Shown: one piece after another, positions 1 through 12,245 of the stretch | Layout of the letters: each line of letters opens with the position of its first letter | Position numbering within the stretch: position 1 is the first letter of the stretch | From: Euprymna scolopes | Taxonomy: Eukaryota | Reading direction: 5' to 3' (one strand) | DNA length: 64,000 nucleotides | NCBI GenBank assembly: GCA_053919585.1 | Contig: CM132815.1 | Program-made: the position numbers and the translations under genes | The notes under the pieces: generated by a model | What the model saw: the letters and a program-made list of their open reading frames with translations, nothing else | The model's database searches: none | Told to the model about the DNA's origin: nothing

Positions 1-790
1 GGGTCAGATTTAAATGTTAAGTTAGAGTATCCTTTAATTATGAACTCATCTAGGGAAGTGGTCGGCCCTATGCCAGTTTCGCTTAGAAAGAATATGTTCA
101 GTTTCGTCTCCTGCAATTGGGTTTCAACCTCTGGAAGGTTGGAACATAGACCCCTGATGTTGGAGAAGGAGTCATGGTAGTAGGGGTCTACGTTGGAGGA
201 TGGGGTTCTAGGTTTATTCGTGTTTTTTTTCTGGAGATATTTCATGTTGAGGTTTTGGGATTTGTGGAACAGATCGACAGACTTGGTTAGAGCAGGACAG
301 AGAGGGAAAGTAAGAGAGAAAAAGACAGGAAATTTCTTTTTTCTTTTGTGGCACATGATAAGGTAAAGCCGTAACAATTACCCACTAGTATGGCATCGAG
401 AGGCCCCACCAGAAACTCCTGCATGGTCCAGCATCTATTCACCAAATGGCAATACAGCACCCCAGTACTTTGCACCTGCTGATAGGACAGCCTCCTTAGT
501 GGTTAATCCAAGGTTCAGGTCACTGACTATCAGGTGGATAACGTCAGCCCAGATGAAACGTTTACCTCCAGCACCCTTACTAATGATATGGCGACAAGGA
601 TAGACACAGAAACAGAAAATTTCCGACATCTCAGGCTACTGTTCACAAAGTACTACTGACCTGGAAAGCAGCTTTTTCTTCATCCTTTTGTCAGAAACAT
701 CACTCATTGGAAATGAGGACTGAGGGACAAAAAAGGAGAAGTGAGAGTTACCGGAGCGGCCGATAACACATCCACAGTGCATTATCTACT
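1..790 (-). mobile_element. 5' end of a non-LTR retrotransposon (5'UTR plus start of the AP-endonuclease ORF, continuing off the window)
   Basis: Minus-strand ORF from ATG 245 reads MKYLQKKNTNKPRTPSSNVDPYYHDSFSNIRGLCSNLPEVETQLQETKLNIFFLSETGIG, with APE motifs N-I-R-G-L and L-S-E-T. The 5' boundary is approximate. Confidence 0.75.
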
Positions 791-3100
791 CTCCATTTAA
801 AATTAAAAAAAAGGTAAGAGGGACTTATCAATATCTACTTGATATAAGTCCGTTGCTCCATTCCCAGTTTAGGACGATATTTGAAAATAGTCTCTCCTCT
901 CATATTAATGCGTGGATATTTTTATCTTTATCTACCTCAAGTAAGAATGTTCAAGCATTCTAGCTTTACCTTATAATTAAAATACGATAATGGAACTTTT
1001 ATCAATTTGTGAAGTCTGGTTATTTTGTATTAATTTAGATTTGAAGAACTCGTTTAAAAACTGGTTAAGAGTAATACCGGTTGGGTTACGTATTAAGTTT
1101 AGACTAGTTAAAAATAATACAGAGAAAAAAAGCCGTGTTTTTCTGAGTTTAGATAATAGTACAGATTTAATTTGGAAAATTCTCGTGTTCATGTGTGACC
1201 TTTTTTTTTTTTTGTCGTTTTAAATATAAGAAAACAGTATTGGTTATAAATAGTATATTTTACAAAAAAGATTTAAAAAGAAAACTACAAGTACAGTTAA
1301 AATGTTCAGAGTTCAAGTCAAAGCTTAAATAAGAAAAAAAAATGTTTGCAATTCACAAATGTTAGCGATTTTAGGACAAGTAGATTTGAAAGGTTATAGA
1401 TAGAAAAATTGCTTAACTTAGCTTTTGGTCCGGGGAGTTTGACCCTGCCTTCCTGAGTTCATATCGTAGAATAAGGAAAAACTAGCCTACCTAACTGATT
1501 TTATGCCGGTACTTAAAGGATATGTTGGGGGTGGGGGGGTGAGTCTTGGTTGGGTTCTGTAAAAAATACCATTCTTGAACAGTGTCATTACATTTTAACA
1601 CTCAAACAGAAAATAAACGCAAAGAAGAAATACATTTTTTTTCCAGTTTTAACAAAAGGCATTTATTACTTTTTAACAACACATTGCAGATTGTTTTAAA
1701 AGTTTCCCCGCATCGACATGTCTATTTGTTCTGCCACATAAGTTTTCTTTAAATATGTCTTTTTCTTTCCGCTTCTATGTCGACAACTTTGCCCCACAAC
1801 ACACAGATTGCATCTTGTTTTAAAAGTTCCTCTTTCACTGACTCGTGTTTCCAAAATTCCTTTGATCGCCGATGAGGTTCGTTGCTGTTGCTGCACACAT
1901 GCTTTTCCATCGCTTGCCACTCGCATGTGAATACTATGTGATTTTGAATATTTGGTCAGGGTTTACTTCTAGGGAAAAGTATCCTCATGCCAGGTTGTTC
2001 TGACAAACCTTTGTACAGAGATACCTTAGACACTCGAGGACAGTGTCTAGTAGGCATTCAAGTTCTCTCCAAATAAAGAAAATAGTGTTTCAAGTTCTCT
2101 CCATGTAAAGAAAATAGTGTTTTTTACGGTTTTCAGAAATTGATAGCATATTACAGTCATTATAAGAGTGATTTTAAAATTTTGGTAGTTCGAATTGAGT
2201 TCGCTCCCCTTATAAAATATGGCAGATCAAGACACCATTTTAGCTTTGTCATAAAATTTGATTTTCTTAATTAATAAAAAAAAAAACTGCTTGATTGATT
2301 TCGTGGTTTTTGGAATATGGCATCTTCATTCCATGACGGATATATACATCATAAAAGTTTTTCTGTAATTTTTTCTTCTTTAAACTAGGTGGAATTTTGG
2401 ACTTGCACCCAACTTTTTGTTATTGCTTAACTCTTTAACATTAGATGTAATTCAAACGCATGCAAAGAAGAAAATGGAAGCTCATATTGAAATTATGATT
2501 ACAAAAAAAACTTTAAAACAGTTTCAGAACTTTAAATTTATGCAGATTGGTAAAAAAAATGTAATTTTTTTGCATTTGGTGAAACTTATTTGTTTTATAC
2601 TGTGTTCGCTTTTGATTTCTCGGCCATTAACTAGGCAACACAATTGCCAAAAAATAAATGGTGCTTGTGCAGTATAATGCAATTTTAAACACATGCATTT
2701 CAAGTAAAAACATTATCACATATCATGCTTGAAATTAATGTAAATTCCAAAAATTATGGAAAATGATCCAGAAGATATGTTAGAGCTAATGTTCACAAAA
2801 TCACTAGCAGTTTCACATTTACTATTTTTTTATGGCAGATTTCAAAGAAAGCAAGGGAGATAAGTCAGTTTGTCATACAGAATTGATCGCATAACTTTTC
2901 CACATTACAAGACGATAAAATTTGTTAATTTAAAAAATGTTATTTTTACTTGTAATTGTTCGTTTGGATCATTTTTAATCATTTTTGGAATTTATACAAT
3001 ATTTTCAACAATATATACATGTATATAACAAATAAATATTTGTTTATTTTTCATAATACTACGTTGTAATTTGACTTTCAAACCTATCTCATAGGTATTT

Positions 3101-3104
<4 letters not shown>

Positions 3105-3162
<58 letters not shown>
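3105..3162. repeat. (TA)n microsatellite
   Basis: Direct reading. Confidence 0.95.
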
Positions 3163-3168
<6 letters not shown>

Positions 3169-3243
3169 TAAATAAGTTCAAATGTATTGAACTAACAAAC
3201 CAATATTGTTTCAAAAGGAATCAATACATATGTAGAGTTATTA

Positions 3244-3413
3244 TAAGTGAAATATAAATACCAGAAAAACCTAATGCAGATTAATCTACGTTTAAATGAT
3301 ATAAATCGTCTCCTCAGCGGTTCAAGTCTTGAACCCCTGAGGAGACAATTAATATTGTCGAAACATAGATTAATCTGCATTGAGTTTTTCTGATGTTTAT
3401 ATAACTTCACTTA
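3244..3413. ncRNA. ~170-bp palindrome made of two head-to-head degenerate type I hammerhead-like motifs (probable Penelope-like element remnant)
   Basis: Inverted arms centred on 3327. The + arm reads gaaccc-CTGAGGA-gacaat-taat-attgtc-GAAAC-atagattaatctgc-att-gagttt. The - arm has the same architecture with GAAA decayed to TAAA. Confidence 0.6.
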
Positions 3414-3417
3414 CACT

Positions 3418-3439
3418 CACACACACACACGTATGCACG

Positions 3440-3476
<37 letters not shown>
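3418..3476. repeat. (CA)n microsatellite
   Basis: Direct reading. Confidence 0.9.
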
Positions 3477-3479
<3 letters not shown>

Positions 3480-3655
3480 CAGCCATCCAACCATTATTTT
3501 TTAAGGGATAACATAAAAAATACCGCAGATATAAACTTAGCACAATGATAGAAGTAATAGATCCACCAGCGTTATTAGATTATAGATACAACATAATTAA
3601 ATTTGCTCCAAGAATTGTGCATAAACGACAATTGTGTGTACAATCGTTTCTGAGA

Positions 3656-3657
<2 letters not shown>

Positions 3658-3725
<68 letters not shown>
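3658..3725. repeat. (TA)n microsatellite
   Basis: Direct reading. Confidence 0.95.
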
Positions 3726-3728
<3 letters not shown>

Positions 3729-3730
3729 AA

Positions 3731-3905
3731 AATTAATATCAGATCTCATCATCAGCACAGGGAATTGACAACAAGTTTGTGGATGCATTAAACAGCACAT
3801 TCAGTTGTATTACTGTTTAATGTCTGCAGAATAGTGAGATTGCTATGTTTTAATTTTGAACTTGGTCTCAATTTCCTGTGCTAATGATGAGAGCTGATAT
3901 CAATT
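3731..3905. mobile_element. MITE-like element with ~42-bp imperfect terminal inverted repeats
   Basis: atatcagatctcatcatcagcacagggaattgacaacaagtt ... aacttggtctcaatttcctgtgctaatgatgagagctgatat. Confidence 0.6.
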
Positions 3906-4235
3906 AAAAGCCACAGTTAATAACAACAGATGAAGTTACCCTTCTATATTTTTTGTGTGTCTGTCATACTTAATATGAGAAACAGGAAGTTGCGCACAAC
4001 ATACATGTATCAGATGAGGTTTGGTTAACTACTCTAATAAACTAGAATGGCCCGGAAATGGAGAATCCTTTTTACATTAAATTTATGTACAAAACTGATC
4101 CACCATTTTAAATATTTTTTTTTTTTTTAGATCTTGTTAGTGAGACTTATAGTTTGTGTAAAAAAAAAAATTGATTCTACTTTGGCTCCAAAACGCCAGA
4201 ATGGCATAGAAATAAGAGATTTAAACACTATCAAT

Positions 4236-4550
4236 AATTCCCCCCACTCTTTATCTGTGCCTAAACCTAAACGTAGATTCCATGAACAAAGCTTTTTAAT
4301 TAGAACTGCACGCCTGTGGAATTGTCTTCCGTTTTCCTGCTTTCCGGCTGACTACAATATGGTTGTCTTCAAGTCTAACGTAAATAAGTTCTTGATGAGC
4401 CGTTCCATATAAGTTATCAAATTTAACAAATTTTCATTACTAATGATTATTATATTGTCCAATTTCTACTGTACACTCTTTAACCCTTATACTTGAGTGG
4501 CCCCTTGGCCTTGATAATGTGTTGATACCTATGAAAAAAAAAAAGAAAAA
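4236..4550 (+). mobile_element. 5'-truncated LINE 3' end with poly(A), same family as 9962-11220
   Basis: Encodes PHSLSVPKPKRRFHEQSFLIRTARLWNCLP...FKSNVNKFLM, matching 10940-11100. Shares the 3'UTR hairpin and A tail. Confidence 0.85.
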
Positions 4551-4654
4551 GTCCAATGTGAACAAGTTCTAATTGAATCGTCCCCCTAAGTAATCCAAGT
4601 TACAAAATTCCCACTGTTTACTATGCTAAAATCACAATGACTAATGTATACCTA

Positions 4655-4734
4655 TTAACCCTTATCCTCGAGTGGCCTCTGGGCCTTGATAAGTGGTGAC
4701 ACCCATGTAAAAAAAAAAAACAAAAAAAAAAAAA
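4655..4734 (+). mobile_element. Very short LINE 3' tail fragment (hairpin plus poly(A))
   Basis: taacccttatcctcgagtggcctctgggccttgataagtggt...tgtaaaaaaaa matches 11154-11220. Confidence 0.75.
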
Positions 4735-5301
4735 CTGATCTTCCACTCTAAATGCTATAATGTTTCTGTTTTTTTTCTTTTTGCCAAGTTTTTCAGGGTG
4801 ATCACACGTAATAACTTAACAAAAGTAGAATCTTGTTTTTAGGAGGGTGATTTAGCTGATGGTGTTTTGTTGCTTGGTGATTGTTTATTATTCCTTTCAT
4901 TGATAAAATATTCCTCCCTAAGGCACTTCTAAACATAAACATGGCACCGTAAACAATTTATTGACTTCTTAGACCGTTTAATTTTTTGCGTTACGCCAAG
5001 CGTTGCAGAAAAGTGTTTCTTTTTATCAGTTTCGTAAAAGGACACCCAACAATAACAAATAATAATTCGATATTGTGTTTTGTGATCACTCAGGATGTGT
5101 CCTGGTTTTACGGCATCAATTTATAATACTATGTGTATAGTTACTTGGAAGTTTTTCTTAAAAGTGAATACATACCTGGAATTGGGTGTGGCTTTTTCTC
5201 TCAATGATGACTTCTTCCTGTTGGGTTCCAGCTGAGAAGGTGGATGACCTCATCTTCATGGTTAACGTAGATTAAACAGCATGCAACACAGATCGTAATA
5301 T

Positions 5302-6123
5302 ATTATGTTGTTGCATAAGTTCCTGCCATTTTTTTAAAGAAAATAAAAGAATTTTAACAGCAAAAGTTTGTGTGGGATCCAAGCTTCAAGTTTTTGAGTG
5401 AATCACGTCGAGTGAAGGTGGCGTAAAATTGTCATAAAATCATACTTTCACCCAATTCTCTACATGTCTGATGGCCATCTTTCCTCAAAAGAAAGTTGGT
5501 CGTCTATCTTGATTGGATGCTGGATATGACTTTAAACTATATCCGATGGTGAGGCCCCAGCTTGCAGGCTTTAGGGAGTGTGGAGCCACCCTTTAATTGC
5601 CATTGCTCCCAGGTCCACTCTGACCCGGAGTGGTAGTACCTGTTAGGGTCCCAACTATGGGTTAAATAGAAACCGACTTGAAAAAAAAAAATATATTCTA
5701 TTAAAAAATTATTTTTCAAAATAACTGGATTCGGCATTAAATAACCTGAAAAGGGTTGATATGCCATAAAACATGGTCTTCCAGAACGAGGACCGTCATT
5801 GAGCTCAAAATTACCATGTATGAATCTGGTAAACTAGTATTGAGCACTTATAGCGTTTTTTCTATATATCCTTGGTCACTTTGACCTCAATTAAAGGCGA
5901 AAAGAAGGCGGTGTTGAAAATGTGATTTTTTTAATCTACTTGAGAATCCATTTGGCGGTTCTGAAAAACGAAAAAAAAAATTATATGAAAAAAAAAACAA
6001 TGACCATTATCTTGTAGAACAGAATACGTGCTTTCTAATCATATATAACACTTTGTCAAATATCAAAACATGTTTTAGAACAAATTTTTATGAAACGGTG
6101 GGAACTTAATCAACAGTCTGATA
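5302..6123 (-). mobile_element. Decayed Tc1/mariner element inserted at TA
   Basis: Degenerate TIRs (tatattatgttgttgcataagttcctgccattt / reverse complement tatatcagactgttgattaagttcccaccgttt). Minus-strand relic FTRFIHGNFELNDGPRSGR at ~5778-5834 resembles the mariner ...D-x-P-R-S-G-R-P motif. Confidence 0.65.
5538..5772 (+). mobile_element. SINE-like interspersed repeat nested in the mariner relic
   Basis: GC-richer block (ggtccactctgacccggagtggtagtacctgttagggtccc...gggttgatatgccataaaac) interrupting the mariner sequence. It resembles an abundant repeat I recall from octopod genomes (not verified). Confidence 0.5.
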
Positions 6124-6739
6124 TACACGAGAATCTTAACTATTTTATTTTACAAAAAATATTCACAATATATTCCAATTAAAAATAGACAATTCATAAC
6201 AATTAAACTTTTAACCATTAAACTTTTAAAGAGCTTAACTAACCTTAACTTACTGCTGGGAAAGAGGGGTGCCCCCCTTTTTGGAGAGACAAAATTATGC
6301 ATGCTCACCCCATGCTTGCCAGCTGAAAAAAAGAGAATGAGTCCTGGCGAATTACATTGTTGTCCCTTCCCTATATCTTTATTAGTTAGGCCAGAGTTAT
6401 GTGACTTCATCGCGGATTAGATGATCACGCCGACCCACACAAATTGGATCTTCATCAATTACAGAGTGGCCAACATAAAATACCATCTACGAAGTATTTC
6501 ATAATTGTTAAGCTTTTATTTATTTATTTGTTTTTGTAATCAATATATCTTTAATTTCCAAATGTAGTAATAGTTATTTAAGGATTAATTAAAGAGAAGA
6601 GCAATAAGTTGGATTACCCAATCAGGGCAATTTTCCACAAAATGGATAAACTCAGGAACGTTGACTTACATTAGTCAATGAAGTAGTATGTTAACAATTT
6701 TTTTTTAAACATCATAAAACATCATTTCAAAGTATTTCG

Positions 6740-6925
6740 GTTATAATTACTTTCTTCCATGAAATTTAGAAAACATTTTAAGTTATTTCATTCATAATTT
6801 ACTTTCTCTTAAAATTTAGACAACATTTTAAGTTATTTCATTCATAATTACTTTCTCTTAAAATTTAGAAAACATTTTAAGTTATTTCATTCATAATTAA
6901 CTTTCTCTTAAAATTTAGAGAACAT
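6740..6925. repeat. ~49-bp tandem repeat, ~4 copies
   Basis: Unit aaaatttagaaaacattttaagttatttcattcataattactttctctt. Confidence 0.85.
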
Positions 6926-7466
6926 CTCAAAATACATGACCAAAGTATTTGATTCATTAATAAAATAAAACTTTCCCTAAAAGATCAAAAATTCATTTAA
7001 AATGAATCTACTTCCACCATACCTAGGAGCGAAATTAGTCAATGATTAATTCTGTTCAATTTAACAGCTTGAGAAAAATAAAGTTTCGATGTATGTCGAA
7101 TCCCCATTAATTTAAATCAGTCGTTAATCTCTCTCTCTATATATATTCGTTTACTATATAAAAAGTGATTATTTAGAGAATAGTTATTTAACATTGCCTT
7201 TTGAAACATTCATTTAAAATGGAAAAATCAGCATGCACAATTTATGAAATCAATAAAATTGTTCTTGAAAGAGATTTTCACACAAAAAATAGTTCATTAA
7301 CTGTTGTGACTAATTATATTTACTTTTTAACAGTGCCTTAACGTTCGTAAAATCAAAAGAGTTCTGTTGATTTATGTTCAATTACTTTCTTTTTCAAACT
7401 CAAATGAGAATGTATCAACACATTCGGATTAATTAAACAAGATTAATTGGTTTTCATGGAACAGAT

Positions 7467-7686
7467 CCATCCATCCATCCATCCATCCATCCATAGACTT
7501 TGAGCCCCTGGAGGGGCATAGGCCATCTACAACTTTGTAGATGCTTTTGTAGTGAGGAGTTCTTTTTACAGAGTGAGGGTGCTGGCCCCAAGCTCAACCT
7601 TCCCAGAGGGTACATACAGCACCTAGCTTTCCCAAATGGTCACCCATCTGGTACTGGCCAGGCTCAACGTTGCTTATTGTGCCATA
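7467..7686 (-). mobile_element. 5'-truncated 5S rRNA-derived SINE (SINE3-like) with (GGAT)n tail and 12-bp TSD
   Basis: The minus strand reads aagcaacgttgagcctggccagtaccagatgggtgaccatttgggaaagctaggtgctgta, i.e. the 3' half of 5S rRNA. TSD CATGGAACAGAT at 7455-7466 and 7687-7698. Confidence 0.75.
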
Positions 7687-7725
7687 CATGGAACAGATAC
7701 GATACACATATTTTTTTAATCACAG

Positions 7726-7795
7726 TTCGACGTGATGGAGAATTTTCTGAATTCAATTCTATTGGTGAATTATTTAAAAATTCCACTGAGGAAGG
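7726..7795 (+). CDS. Candidate small upstream exon carrying the start codon (ATG 7735; MENFLNSILLVNYLKIPLRK-G)
   Basis: Acceptor tttttttaatcacag|7726 and donor G|GTTTGT at 7795/7796. The phase-1 end (G) joins GG at 16980 to give Gly in frame with the giant ORF. Confidence 0.35.
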
Positions 7796-8247
7796 GTTTG
7801 TCTCTACATTTACTGAAGGGCTTTTGTTTGAACACCATTTTTTTTTATAGATGAGACATTTTTTATTCCATCAAAGGTTTCCTTTTTTAAATTATTTTTT
7901 TTTTATAAAGGAGACAATTTTTAATCAATCGATGGGGAATATTTTCGTATTATTTTTTTTATCAGGTTCCCGAGTCTGAGTGTTTGTGCACATATGTAAA
8001 ATCTGCTTTCCTCACAGCCTGTGGAAGGTTGTGAATTTTTAACCGTGGATTTTAATTTTTGGGAGAAGGGGGGATCATCATGCACTTTTTCTGTGTGAAA
8101 TATTTTTTCAGGGCTAGAAAAAGTCGTTGTGATTTTTTTTAACTGTGGATTTTAAACAGAGTCGAATCTTTCGTCTTTAGGCACCAATTTATAACACAAT
8201 GGGTCGGTCACTTATGTGACCGCCCAACGGTTACAAAAAGTTTCAAA

Positions 8248-8665
8248 GAGTGAATGTATACCTGGAATTGGGTGTGGTTCTTTCTCTGTGTGGTTTTTCA
8301 TTCCTCAATAATGACTTCTTCCTGTTGGGTTCTGGCTGAGAAGGTGGATGACCTCGTCTTGATGGTTAAGGCAGATTAAACAATACACAACACAGATTGT
8401 AATATATATAAGAGAATCTTAACTATTTTTTTTTTTACAAAAAGTATTCACAATATATTGCAATTAAAATAAACAATTCATAATAATTAAACCTTTAACC
8501 ATTAAACTTTTAAAGAGCTTAACTAACCTTAATTTACTGCTGGGGAAGAGCGAGCCCCCCCCCTCCTTCTTGGAGAGATAAAATTATGCGTGCTCACCCC
8601 ATGCTTGTCAGCTGAAAAAGAAAATGAGTCCTGACGAATTACATTATTGTCCCCTCCCCGTATCC
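8248..8665. repeat. Dispersed repeat, uninterrupted copy
   Basis: Matches 5160-5302 plus 6121-6375. Confidence 0.75.
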
Positions 8666-8984
8666 CTCGGTGAGTGACCAAATCACCTCCTGGCTATGGA
8701 AGGGGGGGGGGTGACAACGCAGTGGCACTTACAACATGTAGTGCCACATGTTAATCTACCAATTTTCTCCCCCAAAAGTAGAGATTATATAAGAAATACT
8801 TTTCCATTTCTCTTCGTCACTTGTCAGGTTTTCTTCATGTTTCTTTACGATCACTGCATGAAAAAAAAATTTTTTGTTTCGACTTGACAATTTTTGAGAT
8901 GGACACTCCAATACTTTTTAACACATAACTTACAAAATCTCGGTGGATTTTGATATAAAACAGGTATTTTTTGTGATTCTTTTC

Positions 8985-9390
8985 AAAATTCCACGATGGA
9001 GAAAAGCAAAAAAAAAACCTGTATGATGTATGTATCCGTGATGGAACGGAAATGTCATATTCCAAAAATCACATAAATTGATCAAATAGTTTTGTTTTTA
9101 ACTAAGATCAAATTTTATGAGTAAGCAAAGAAGGACTATTTCACATCACCATCTTGAAGAAACAAAAGGAGATAACTCAAGAATAATTCAAACTTGCAAG
9201 ATACCCATCGTAATGCCAATGATTTCCCATTAATCACTTTAAATCGCTTATAATGGTTTTCTTTATAAAAATATAACTTGTTGATCAATTTACGCAGTTT
9301 TTGGAATATGATATTTTTGTTGCATCACAGGTGGATACATCATAAAGACTTTTTCCTATATTTTTTTTAATATATAAGGGAATTCTGGGC
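8985..9390. mobile_element. Foldback/MITE-like element with long imperfect inverted arms; related copy at ~2230-2400
   Basis: tatgatgtatgtatcc...catattccaaaaatc (9020-9070) is the reverse complement of gtttttggaatatg...ggatacatcataaag (9297-9348) and of 2306-2357. Confidence 0.55.
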
Positions 9391-9844
9391 ACATTTTGAT
9401 TTTCCATGAGAACATTATGGGTAACGGCACCATGTTGCTTGTGTCTATTAAATTCTGACAATACAAAATATTCATTATTTTTTCATTTTTGAGATGAGGA
9501 TAATTTTGATTATTTGTAAGCATTGAGTACACCAAGAAGTGTCCCCGCATATCAATGAATGGTGATAAAACAACAACTGTTGAATCCTTATGATAAAAAC
9601 TTGGTGGACAAGTCAAGCATAAGTTGGAGTCTATTTGAACGAAATTTTATTTGCAGAAAGAATTGTGGATTTTATAGATGGAAAGTTGAGATGCAATACT
9701 TCCTTAGATTAGAGTGAATTCAGGAGTAATTGCAATTAAGGGATGGATAAAGGAGTAATGACAACTAAGGGATAACATTGCACTTACAAATTGGGACCTC
9801 ATCACTTGGTGTGATTTAAGATCATGCACAGGACAGCATAATAT

Positions 9845-9954
9845 GTTGTGCGACATAATTATGTTGACACCGGTTCTTGCTGGATCACTAAAGTTAAGCA
9901 ACATTGAACCTGGTCAATACTAAATGGGCGACCATTTGGAACTTCCAGATGCAG
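9845..9954 (+). pseudogene. 5S rRNA-derived sequence (SINE3 head or 5S pseudogene)
   Basis: acaccggttcttgctggatcactaaagttaagcaacattgaacctggtcaatactaaatgggcgaccatttggaac aligns to metazoan 5S rRNA with many substitutions. Confidence 0.75.
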
Positions 9955-9961
9955 ATGTGCT

Positions 9962-11220
9962 GACGGTCATATCCCACAGGATTAGTGAATCTCTTGACAA
10001 AGGCTTCCTTTCTAGGGCAATTGCTCTTGACATATCAAAGGCCTTCGACAAGGTATGGCATAAGGGCCTACTTCACAAGATTTCCAGCTATGGTATAATT
10101 GGAAATGTTTTCTCAATCATTAAATCATTTCTCTCCGATAGGCTCATAAGAATAGTGGTCGATTGACAAAAATCGGAGGCTTGCAATATAAATGCTGGAG
10201 TCCCTCAGGGGTCAATCTTGGGTCCAACTCTCTTCCTGATCTACATCAATGACCTCCCTAAACACATACTTAAATCATTCGTTGACATCTATGCTGATGA
10301 CACGACCATCTACGGCAACACATCAAAGGCTGTAAATGACAAAGTTCTCTCTGATTCTCTCTCTGATCTCGAGCGCGTGGTTCAGTGGCGGAAGATGTGG
10401 CTGGTTACCTTTAATGCATCCAAAACCAAACTCCTATCCTTACATCATCAATGCTCTGATCCCCATCTGGCATCAATTGTGATGGATGGCTCTCGTCTGG
10501 GTGAGGCCCCGTGTTTTGACAAGCTTCTGGGTTTGACCTTTACTCCTGATCTGAAATGGAACACGTACATCAAGTCTGTTGCCAAGGTCGCTGGAAAGAT
10601 GGTGGGATCCTTCTACCGCTCGAGAAGATATCTCACTACTGATGCAATTCTCTATCTATATAAAAGCCAAGTACGTCCAAGGATGGAATATCTGGGCAGG
10701 AGCTGCTAAAAACAGCCTATCCTGCCTTGACAGAGTACAAAATAGACTTCGTGGCTTAGTGGGGGATGCTCTTTTCTCTACCCTGCAACCTCTCTCCCAC
10801 AGAAGAGACGTTGCGAGCCTATCCTTGTTTTATTGCTATTTCCATGGCAGGTGCTCGTCTGAACTCCAATCTCTGGTCCCCCCTCGCCAATCTTTCACGA
10901 AAAACACCCGTCTAGCTGGATCCACTGTGAAAAATTTCCCCCACTCTATATCTGTGCCTAAATCAAAACGCAGATTCCATGAACAAAGCTTCTTTCTTAG
11001 AACTGCACGCCTGTGGAACTCTGTTCCGTCTGCCTGCTTCCCACCGGACTACAACTTGGATGTCTTCAAGTCCAACGTTAACAAATTCCTAATGAACCGC
11101 CCCCTTAAGTAAACACTTCATCAAATCTCCACACTAACGTAATGTACTGCCAATAACCCTTATCCCTGAGTGGCTTCCGGGCCTTGATAAGTGGTAATCA
11201 CTGTGTAAAAAAAAAAAAAA
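9962..11220 (+). mobile_element. 5'-truncated CR1/Jockey-like LINE (RT domain, disrupted) with poly(A)
   Basis: RT motifs ALDISKAFDKVWH, GVPQGSILGPTLFLIYINDL, YADDTT. In-frame stop at 10166 and frameshifts. Poly(A) 11207-11220. Candidate TSD ATGTGCT at 9955-9961 and 11221-11227. Confidence 0.92.
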
Positions 11221-11479
11221 ATGTGCTCTCCGCTTATCTCAGTATTGTTTCCAGTTGTCCTGGTCTTCTCCTTGCCACTGGACTCAAGCAGTGCTGATTC
11301 AGGAGAGGTGGGATTCAGGATTGCGCAACCCTTACCTCACAATTACATGCACAGCTGCCCTTTGTCTTTCGAGACTGAACAAAGACATCGACAGGACAGC
11401 ATTTTGAGTAGTTGATGGGGTTAGATAGTAGTGTAGTCAGAAAAGGATACATTATATGACTCTAAAGTAACTCAATTTT

Positions 11480-12187
11480 TTGTGGAACACAATAGGTGAA
11501 ATGGAATCACTGGTAAGTTGAGAGATGATAACCAATTTGTGTGCAAAAAGTGGAAGACAATGGAGACAGATGAGAAAGTATATTTGGATGGTGAAGCTAT
11601 TGAGGTTGTCTATAAATTTTGTTACCTTGGTGATACAATTGTGGCACAGGGTGGAGCAAGTGCTAGTGTGATTGCAAGTTAGGAATGGATGGAGTAAGTT
11701 CAGGGAACTTTTGCCATTACTAACCAGCAGAGTGTCATCACTGTTGACAAAGTAAACCAATCTATTAGACATGTGTTCTGAGTATGATGATGTATGAAAG
11801 TGAAACCTGACTATTGTAGGTTGAGGATATGTGTTGCATGGAGAGAAATGATATGAGACTGATATGCTGGATGTGTTATGTTAGTCTTAAAGACAGGCTT
11901 AGCTGTGATGACATCACGGAATGATTAAATCTGGGTAGTATAGGAAGATGTGTACAGAGCAGCAGATTTCATTGGTTTGGTCACTTTGAAAGCATGGATG
12001 AGTGCTTGAATTATTTGATGTAGAACAGTTGAGGTAGCTGGATCAGTTGGCAAAGAAAGCCAAGAAAAACATGGGAGGAAGTGACAAGGATGGACTTGGG
12101 AGAAAGAAAGATAAAAAAAAAAGATGTGGCCAGAGATAGGTTTGTTTGGAACTCAAAAGCCGTCCAATAGATGCCAGCATGTTAAAC

Positions 12188-12245
<58 letters not shown>
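11480..12245 (+). mobile_element. Decayed RTE-clade LINE 3' part ending in an (ATG)n tail
   Basis: Relic peptides EVVYKFCYLGDT, WSKFRELLPLLT, RFHWFGH. (TGA)n at 12189-12245. Confidence 0.7.

Larger units (their letters stand above)
5160..6375. repeat. Copy of a dispersed ~420-bp repeat (uninterrupted copy at 8248-8665) split by a mariner insertion
   Basis: 5160-5302 matches 8248-8405 and 6121-6375 matches 8405-8665. Confidence 0.75.

Noticed and set aside
1400-2130. Cys-containing minus-strand ORF 1696..1926, possibly a DNA-transposon relic
   Set aside because: No diagnostic transposase motif or clear termini could be identified.
7155-7164. TATATAAAAA as promoter of the giant gene
   Set aside because: Expected by chance in very AT-rich DNA, and there is no supporting TSS evidence.
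9845-9954. Functional 5S rRNA gene
   Set aside because: Many substitutions, no terminal stem or oligo-T terminator, and joined to a LINE.
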